NCBI RefSeq assembly: GCF_008831285.2
Contig: NC_045138.2
Span: forward strand, 8,122,001-8,186,000
Origin: Nymphaea colorata
Taxonomy: Eukaryota
DNA: 64,000 nt
Reading direction: 5' to 3'
Part shown: piece after piece, positions 54,452-64,000 of the stretch
Numbering within the stretch: the first letter of the stretch is position 1
How the letters are laid out: each line of letters starts with the position of its first letter
Program-made: the position numbers and the translations under genes
Notes under the pieces: generated by a model
Seen by the model: the letters and a program-made list of their open reading frames with translations, nothing else
Databases searched by the model: none
What the model was told of the DNA's origin: nothing

Positions 54452-57400
54452 CCTTGTGAAAATGAGGTTTAAATCAAATAGAAAAGAGAAGATCGTTTTA
54501 GAAAGAGAGAGATTAAAAAAATAGAATACACGTATATATATTCATATATACGTATATGAGAGTTTGTAAAAAGATATGTTAAATCATAAAGAGATAATGG
54601 CAAAAAGAAATAATCATGTGCATGTATACGTATATAACACGTATATACGTACATGTTTCATGAGAATAGAAGTCAAGAAATGACTTGAAAATAGCCGACT
54701 TCAATTTTTGATATAGGCCGGAGGGGAACTTGGGCTCATGCAAGAACCTAAATTAAGTCTTTAAGGCCGCATTAGAAGGTTTCATTTGAAAATGTTTTGG
54801 AAAATATGATTTATATAATCATAGAATATTATTATTCCATTGGTTGCAAGGGAATATGTTTCCTCTATGGTTGGGTATACAAGAAGCTCAAACCACACGA
54901 TAAGGTGCTTATTAGGGTTCATAATCGGATGATTAAAAAGGAAACTATCAAGCATAATGATATGCAAATGCATATTAAAATGTACATATTTCGTGAGGGT
55001 TTTCCACGGGTTGGACAAGTCTAAACCTCAAAATAATTAACATAAGAAAAAAGAGAAAATCCCAAACCATACTTTCATTCCCACCGTGCATTCACATATA
55101 GATAGGAAAAATCAAATAACTATGCATGAATAATACCTTAAAACAAAGCAATATTCAAGGAAAGAGAGAGAGCATGATTCAACCATAAAATGAAAGATCA
55201 TTTCATCTTCTCATATTCCTGGTGCATCGAGCATTGCCTCTTGACTCTAGAATAGAGATTAAAAGCTATCTCATTTGGCCATGGGGAAATGAGGAAAAGA
55301 GAAAATAAGAGAAGCAAAACAAGATTATATTCATGAGATGAAATAACATGATTGAAGCATGAAATGTCACTTCACATTTTCATGCTCCCGATGCACTTAA
55401 AAATACATCTTGACTATAAAATAAAGATTTTGGGGCTATCTTGTATGACCATGGGGAGATGAAGAAGAGAAAAAATGAAGAAAAGAAAGGGAGAGGGATG
55501 TTGGTTACATACTTCTAATGAGAATGATTTTGGGAAAAAATGATCATCCTCTACTTGGAATGATCTTTAACTCACCTTGAATGAATCTCCATGATAATGA
55601 AGAAGAGTTGTAGCTTCCTTCTTGCAAGTGTCAGCTCCAAGCAGATTCTGTGCCTGGTTAGGCTGAGAGGGAGCAGTGACTTTGGCTGATCGTAACACCC
55701 TGGATAGAGCTCAGAAATGGGAAAATAATAGCTTGTTAGAACCGGGAGGAAAAGAGCTTTCCAGTGGTACCCTATTTGACCGAAGCCGATTCTGGATTGC
55801 CAAGATATTGACCTCTGATTATAGATAAGTTTCCTGTGGTCGCTGTCTGATCAGCCTGAGGATGTCGAGAATCAGGCATGTGTTCCCAGACGTGTTTCTC
55901 TTCAACCACAGCTCAGATTGGGGTGCTCAATAGCTGATTGGAAAGCTGGAGATATCAGGATTCAATGCATGCAGCGAGAGAGTGAAATTTGTGCAGAATT
56001 GGGTGGCAGAGACTGCCGATCTGAAACTGTTCTGCGGCTGCCATAGAGGTGCTGGCCTATCTTCCGAAAATCAGGGTTCACTTTGCAGGTCTCCAGATTT
56101 TGACTCCCAGCTCCGTTCCTTGCCTATAGTAGCTCGTTGGAAAGCTGGAGAAGTCAGGAAGAGAATGACATCAGTTTGCAAGATTTTCATGAAGGAATCT
56201 CCATATATGGCCTGAAGGGCAGAGGTCGTTCTGCATGTCGTAGGAGCAAGGAGCAGGGAATAACGTTACTTCTTTTGGGAGTAGGGGATAGAGTTACCTA
56301 GCTCTAGCGGTACGAGGGACAACTTGAAGGCGTTATTTCGAGCTCGTGAAGGAAGGGTGTCCGGTTAGGGAATGGAGGATGCCAAGAAGGTGCTGCGATG
56401 GTGGTCGTTGTGTCGTAGGTCCGTCAGGTGGTCGGGCTATGAGCGTGCCTCAACCGTAGCATACACAGTCCAACCGAACAGCAGCAACGTGCCTCGCAAC
56501 TGCCGTTCTCAGTGGCATAGGGTTTGGGGTGTCGTTGGGGTACCTTCACTTGTGAAGACGTGCCTCAATCTTCACTGCACGAAGGGGCGGGAGCCATTCC
56601 TATGCTGATCGGAGACGAACAACAGTGGGAAATAACACCTTGTCGGTTTATTGAGTGGAAGCCAACTGAACACCGCCAGACATGGCTGCCCCCCTCCCCA
56701 AGATGAGGGCCGAGAGATTTATAGGGAGAAAAAGATGGTTGCCTGCCCGCTTGGAAGGATTCGGACGCCATGGCCGAATGATGACTTTGCTGCGTCTGGT
56801 CATCCACGATCCGCCGGAGATCCGATGCCCACTAGTTGTTTGCTGCTGCCATGCTTGACTGCCATCATGCTGTTGTAGTGGCCTGCTGAGAACCAAGGGC
56901 TGGAGGGAGAAGCTGTGGAGGATGGGTCTGCAACACGAAAGGACTCCTTTGCGTGAGACTTGAGGAGCTGCATAAGAAATGCGAAAGAGTTGCCTCGAGC
57001 TTGAGTCTTCTGGATCCCTCTAAAGGATCTGCACCGTTGGATGGAGGATGAACGGCCACTCCTGTGCCCTTTCTCTTTCAAATGTGCTTTAGGCTTGGCA
57101 AGGGACCAAGGCATTGAATGTTGTGCATGGGGAAGGTGCACAATTAGCCTTGTGCGAGGAGCTTTTGGAGTCTTCTTCAGTTGGGCGGGAAAAGGGAAAG
57201 CCAACGGTCGGGCTCCTTTTGCCAAATCTCTATGAGGTGAGGCGGGTGGAATGTGAGCCATTGATCTTGGAGATGGACGGCTAGGCTTCAGCTGCACCTA
57301 GGGTTTCTGGATTCTTCTTTAGGCTAGGCGGGATAGGAGGTCCAACGGTAGGAAGATGGACGTCCTGGATTTCTTGGTGATTGAGATGAGCGGTCAGGTT

Positions 57401-57934
57401 GGATCAAGAGTTCAGATGGCTTGGGAGGAGGAACACTCAGATCTTAGAGTTTCTAGAAACATCTAATGGTGGAACGGGAAAGCTAGGGATGGACAGTTAG
57501 GTGAGATGGATCAGGGATCTGGATCTAGATAGCATATCTGATTCTGTGACTTGATCCAAGATCCTATTCCGACGCGGTGTTGGATCAACATATGTTTGGA
57601 TCTCAATAACAAACTTGCTGCTTGAGCCTAAACCGGTTGACTCGGTTCAGTTGACTGATCCAGGTGGTTTGACCCAGCTGACTCGTTCCGAGCCCCTAGG
57701 GAATCGATTGGATCCCTGGATCTGGTTGGGGCAGGGTTTGGTTCAAATTTGGATCTGAAAGTCGGATTTTGAATCTAATTTGAATTTGATAATTGGATTT
57801 TGAGTTTGAAATGCTAGATTTGGATCTAAACTTAGGTTTAGACATTCATTTTGGATTGAATAATTGCAAATTTGTTTTAAATCTAAATAATAAAATAATG
57901 GCCCCTTTTTTTTGGGAAATCTGGGGTGATGACA
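53362..57934 (-). mobile_element. 4573-bp solo-LTR-like insert (probably Ty3/gypsy) inside the copia RT
   Basis: TG...CA ends (tgtttgcatcccaaaatttc / gaaatctggggtgatgaca); 5-bp TSD ACTAT (53357-53361, 57935-57939); removal restores IDY-EETF. No retroelement ORF inside. Strand inferred from a minus-strand ctataaat at about 56717-56724. Confidence 0.88.
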
Positions 57935-59199
57935 ACTATGAAGAAACTTTTGGTCCTATCGCTAAACGACACCAATTAAGACCCTGATGAATGTAGTTTC
58001 GATCAAGAAATAGTCTACTTAACAATAGATCTCTATAATGTTTTTTAAAATGGTAATTTGAATGAGGAAGTATATGTAGACTCACCTCCTATACTTGATA
58101 TGTCTAAAGGAAAAGTTATTCGTCTTAAAGAGACATTGTATGACTTGAAACAAACTCTAAAAGCTTAGTTTAACAGGTTTGGTAATGTTATGTTCGAACA
58201 AAATTTTACATCATGTTACTCTGATACTGCTATATTTCTTAAAAATTACTATTGAGGGAATAAATGTGCTATTATTATATGTAGATGACATGATTATTAT
58301 AGGTAATGATGACAAGGAAATTATGCAAATAAAGTATAAAAGAATGACTTTGAAATGATTGATTTTGATATCCTAACATATTCCCTTGGTATTGAAGTAG
58401 CTTACAATAGAAGATATTTAATCTCACAAATGAAGTTTGCCAGTAATATCAGAAATATGTCAAGAATCACAAATGACAAGGTGGTTGAAAGTCTTGAAGC
58501 TTTGGGAGTGAAGATGAGGATTGATGATAAAGAAGTTCTTGAGAATCCTACACCTTTCCATCAATTAGCTGGAGCCCTTACATATCTATCCACCACTATG
58601 CATTAAATCAATTTCAACAAAAACCTACATATGTACACATGGGAATTGCGATGAGGATTGTTTGATATGTCAAAAACATTATCACTAAAGGACTTTTCTA
58701 TCCTCCTCATCTAATTTGAATATGATCATATATTCTAATGTTGATTGGGATGGGGATCCTAATAATATGAATTCCATTACATGTTTTTGTGTTTTCTTAA
58801 GTGGCTCTCTAATCTCTTGGATATGCAAAAAGCAAAATAAAGTCTTTCTATCTTCAAGTGAAGCATAGTATCATGCTATGGCCTTCACTACCATGGAGAT
58901 TGTATGGTTAATAAGTTTATTAATATTCGTTGGAATTGATTTGACTGAAGTGATGAGGTTCTGTTGTGACAACAAAAGTGTTATTTATATTGCTAGCAAT
59001 CATGTTTTTTTATTAAAAACCAAACATATTGGAATAAATTGCCATTATATGTGAGAATAATATCTTAGATGAACAATTGACATATTCTTTCAAGCCTTCG
59101 GAATATCAACTCGGAGACTTCTTCACAAAGGCACTTGCTTCAACTAGATTTATTTCCACCTTAAAAACTTTTAGTGATCATGATGTAAGTTTGAGGGGG

Positions 59200-59780
<581 letters not shown>

Positions 59781-60785
59781 ATATGTCTCATAAGGAATCA
59801 TTTTTTTTTCTTGAACTTTTTTACTATGTTATTTTATCATGCTTTGCTGCTTTGTTATTGTGATCAAGAGGACTTGGTAGTGCCTAAAGTGAAGCTTCAC
59901 TCCAACATAGGAATTGCTGCTGCAAAGTTGTGAAAAGTTGTTACTACAGGTGCATGTTAATGATGCATTTGTAAAGCTAGTCTTTACTATCTCCAAATTG
60001 TGATTAGAATGCCCTCCATTTATGGGTTTGTTCAAATTCTGTAGTCTATGTTGGTTAATGTTACATTCCATTTATAAATTTGAGAATTTTTCATCTATTT
60101 GATTGTGATCATTAGTTCATTGGAACTTGAAGTTTACTACATGTTCTTCTTGATGATGATTTTTCTGTACGTCTTTGGGTTGAGGTCTGGATTCCATATA
60201 CACAAGTTTTGATGCAACTCATGTAGAAAAGTTCATCTTGATGATATGGAGTCCTTCAAGTTGTTAGTATGTTGTGGCTTCAGTTAATCATCAAACAGAT
60301 TCACATTCATGCATTTTGAGGGGAATGAAATTCTTGCCCATAAGCATTAGAGATGCTTTTCTTGGTTTTTTTGTGTTGAACTTTTGTATGTAAGATAATT
60401 GATTTCTACCCTTGATGCAGTATTTATTGTAGTTAAAGATGACATAGATTGTACGCCATATCCAACTATAGGTACATCTTCTCTTTGGACATTCCTTGTT
60501 TTGATCTATAAGCTGGTTTTATTTAGTAATTCAATTTTTTAAGAGGTACAAAGTGGCTGCATAATGTCAGATGTTTCCAGGAGGATGCATTTGATGCAAA
60601 GAACCTTGGATGCCATAATCATTGGAAAGAAAAATATGCTAAAGTCTGGTTTGGGACTAGTGGAATAATTCCACATTATGGGTTAGAGAACTCACAACAA
60701 TTTCATCATCTTTGGTGCTAAAGTAGTGCCACTAAACATCTTCATTGGTGCTAACATAGTGCTACAAGAAGCACCACAATTGTAG

Positions 60786-63135
60786 TGTAATCACCCCAAA
60801 ATTTTTCAAAAGACTACGTTATTTTACCAAAGCACAAAACCCAAATTTGGATGCAAGATTCAAATCTAAAGCTTTACGGTTTGTCCTCACACCAAAATAT
60901 GTTTTTGAAGCTTAAAACGAAGCTGACCACTCTTTTGATACGAAAAAAAAACAGTTTTATACACTTTTTAAATAAATTAAACAAAAAAATAAATTTTTAT
61001 GCTTTTATTATGTTTTTGAAGCTTAAAACGAAGCCGACCACTATTTTGATACGAAAAAAAAAACAGTTTTGTACACTTTTTAAATAAATTAAACAAAAAA
61101 AAGAATTTTTATGCTTTTATACGAAAAAACCCTTATTTCATAAACAGTTAAAAAACAAAGAAGTTCGCATGTCCTGCGATGCGCAGTCGTGCGACCATGC
61201 GTCGCGCAATGCACGTGCGATCGTGTGAAGCGATCGCTACAACGACTGTGTTACGCGATCGCTACAGCGCCTTGCGCGCTGCCGCGCGCGTTTTTCTAGT
61301 GCCCCAGCCGGGTCCTGCCACAATGCAGGCCCCCTTTTTCTTACAAAACCGACCCTTGGGGCAGTTTTTGAAATTTTAGGGTGGACATTAGCTCTGCCCA
61401 CACCCCAAAGTGGTATTTATAGGGCTAAGGACCAATCCCACTTAGTCAAAACCTATTTTTTAGAAATTATTTTGAAAATAATTCAAAATGAATTAAAATT
61501 CACATAAAAATGTTGTGAAATTAAAAAAATCAAATTTTGAGTTTTGGCTCCAAAACTCTCTATAAATACCTCCATAATCTTCCCTCTTGGGGCCCTTAGA
61601 GAAAATCTAGTGTATTCTCACTTGAAGACTTAGAGTTTTTCCTCCCTATAAATACCTCCATAATCTTCCCTCTGGGGCATGAGCTAGCCCTTAGAAAAAA
61701 TCTAGTGCATTCTCACTTGAAGACTTAGAGTTTTCCCTTAGCTTTCTTCCTTCATTTCTCTCTTCCTCTTTCATTTTCATTCTTCTTCTTCTTTATTCAA
61801 AAAGAAATAGAACATGATGCAATCATAAAATGAAATATTATCTGATCTTTTCATGCTCCTGATGCACTCAAGAATAGCTTCTTGACTCCGAACAGGAGAT
61901 TTTAGAGCTATCTTATATGGCCATGAGGAGATGACGAAGATAGGAAATAAGGGAACCACAACAAGACTATATTCAAGAAAAGAGAGCATGATTTAATCAT
62001 AAAATGAAATATCATCTCATCTTCTCATGCTCTTGGTGCACTCAAGAATAATTTTTTGACTCTGAAAATAAGATTTTAGATCTATCTTATATGGCCATTG
62101 AGAGATAAAAAAAAAGAGAAAACAAGGGAAGAAAAATAAAACTATATTCAAGAAAAAAGAGAAAACAATGAAAGGAATGAAATGGGATGTTGATTACATA
62201 CCTTGAATGAAAATAATTTTTGGAAAAAAAAAAGAACCTTGCTGGAATGATCCTAGATCCCCTTGAGTAGAACAATAAGATGATGAAGAGGATGCCTCCA
62301 AGAGATCTCTTTGTGCTCCCTTGAATGTCTCCTCATGGCCATATAAGATAGCTCTAAAATCTCCTGTTCGGAGTCAAGAAGCTATTCTTGAGTGCATCAG
62401 GAGCATGAAAAGGTCAGATGATATTTCATTTTATGATTGCATCATGTTCTATTTCTTGAATATAGCTTTGTATTGGTTCTCTTATTTCCTCTCTTCTTCA
62501 TCTCCCCATGGCCATATGAGATAGCTCTTAAATCTCTATTTTAGAGTCAAGAATCTATGCTCGAGTGCACCAGGAGCATGAGAAAATGAAATGATATTGC
62601 ATTCTATGATTGAACAAGTTCTCTTTATCACTTAAATGTTGCTTTATTTTAGAGATATTGTTCATGCATAGTTGCTTTATTTTTCTATTCATATATGTGA
62701 ATGTAATGCAAAAATGAGAGTGTGGTTTGGGACTCTTTATTCTTATGTTAATTTTTGAGGTTAGGGCTTATCCAACCCAAGGGAAACCCTCACAAATATG
62801 TACATGTTAATATACATTTTCATGTCATTTTGCATTAGTTTCCTTCTAATCTTCCAGTTAAGAAACCTAATGAGCGCCTTATCATGTGGTTTGATTTTCT
62901 TCCATACCAAACGGTGGAAGAAACATATTTCCTTGTAACAAATGAAATAACTATGTTTTATGTTCACATATAAAAATGTTTGAAATCATGTTTTCCAAAA
63001 TATTTTCAAAAGAACCATTTCTAATGTGGCTTTAGAGACTTAGCTTAGGCTCTTGCATGAGTCCAAACTTCCTCTCCGGCCTACATCAAACTTAAAATCG
63101 GATGTTTTAAGTTACTTTTAATCTCATGAAGACAC

Positions 63136-63172
<37 letters not shown>

Positions 63173-63325
63173 CACATGATGATCTCCTTCATTCTTCTCT
63201 TTGTGTGTTTCTATATTCTATTTTACAAATTTCACATATATATGAATAGATATATACATGTGTTCTATTTTCTCGCTCTAGAATCTTGACATAACACTTA
63301 AAGTTAAATGTCTTCTCCTACATTT

Positions 63326-63402
<77 letters not shown>

Positions 63403-64000
63403 CTCTATATCTTTTCCTTAAAATCTCACCTTCTCTTCCAATCAATACCCTCTTTTTGTAAACTTTCATATACGTTTATGTGTGACAATATATACATGTA
63501 TATGTGCATTTCTTTCTTTCTCTCTTTCTTCTAAGAACTTGTTTTTCCTCTCTATTTAAATTAAGATTATATCTTCAAAAGATTAGCATATATACATATA
63601 TGTATGTAAGTATGCACATACATATGAAGATACTTATCTTTCTCTCTTTCAAAATCTTTCATTTGGTGATCTTTGAAATCTCCTTCTCTCTCTCTTTCTT
63701 TCTAAGGAAGTATCTCATCTTTTTCATTCTTTTGAACATATTTTTCTTTCAAGATCATTTTCATTTACGACTTCACCAATACCAAAACTCAAGTAATGAC
63801 CCAATATTGGATCCATGCTTGATGGTCTACAACTCCAATCCATTTTTAAAAACTTTTTCTTCTTATATATGATCATTATGAAAACAAAAATCTTAGATGT
63901 ATGTTATGGTAAGAATGTTTTTAGATGAATACTATGGTAGAAATATTTCTAGATGAATGTTGTTGTAAGAATGAATTATTTTCTTCTAATCATATATGAG
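60786..64000 (+). mobile_element. Second long LTR of the same family, opposite orientation, running off the window
   Basis: Starts TGTAATCACCCCAAAATTT, like the reverse complement of the 57934 end (TGTCATCACCCCAGATTT). 62330-64000 is homologous to the reverse complement of about 53864-55460. TATA boxes at about 61561 and 61647. Confidence 0.82.

Larger units (their letters stand above)
51229..59199 (+). mobile_element. Degenerate Ty1/copia internal region (gag remnant-PR-INT-RT-RH), interrupted twice
   Basis: Protease SWILDLRASFHMT (about 51668); WHQRFG (about 52070); integrase FDLVHSDV, RSDFGG, QQNRVA; GY...QKGYR and SRNVTF; RT WVYKVK...RLVAR...IDY|EETFGPIAK and LYVDDM (about 58276); RNase H SSSEA*Y and QLGDFFTKAL; PPT gaggggg at 59193-59199. 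Many stops and frameshifts. Confidence 0.92.

Noticed and set aside
55982..57297. Cluster of ORFs up to 165 aa
   Set aside because: They lie on both strands in the GC-rich part of the solo LTR and show no gag/pol or other motifs.
61777..62524. Two near-identical ORFs (SSWPYKIALKSPVRSQEAILEC...) as a gene pair
   Set aside because: They are the two arms of the inverted repeat within LTR sub-repeats.

Overview
AT-rich flowering-plant nuclear DNA with one intact protein-coding gene and much transposon debris. The gene (+ strand, 4 coding exons, 32454-37244, about 751 aa) has an N-terminal NT-type C2 (EEIG1/EHBP1-like) domain. Its uncharacterised C-terminal domain shows a Gln/Cys...His/Asp pattern resembling papain-fold deubiquitinases (my inference). 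Left of the gene are an old head-to-tail duplication (about 6.1-10.5 kb and 10.5-17.5 kb) with traces of a decayed spliced gene, many hAT- and Tourist-type MITEs, and an L1-type LINE fragment. Right of the gene are more LINE fragments and a degenerate Ty1/copia element (about 51.2-59.8 kb). A 4573-bp TG..CA solo-LTR-like insert with an ACTAT target-site duplication (TSD) splits its RT. A related LTR starts at 60786 in the opposite orientation and carries a near-perfect internal inverted repeat. Most short ORFs in the track are spurious. No rRNA, tRNA or CRISPR array was seen. All alignments were done by eye.
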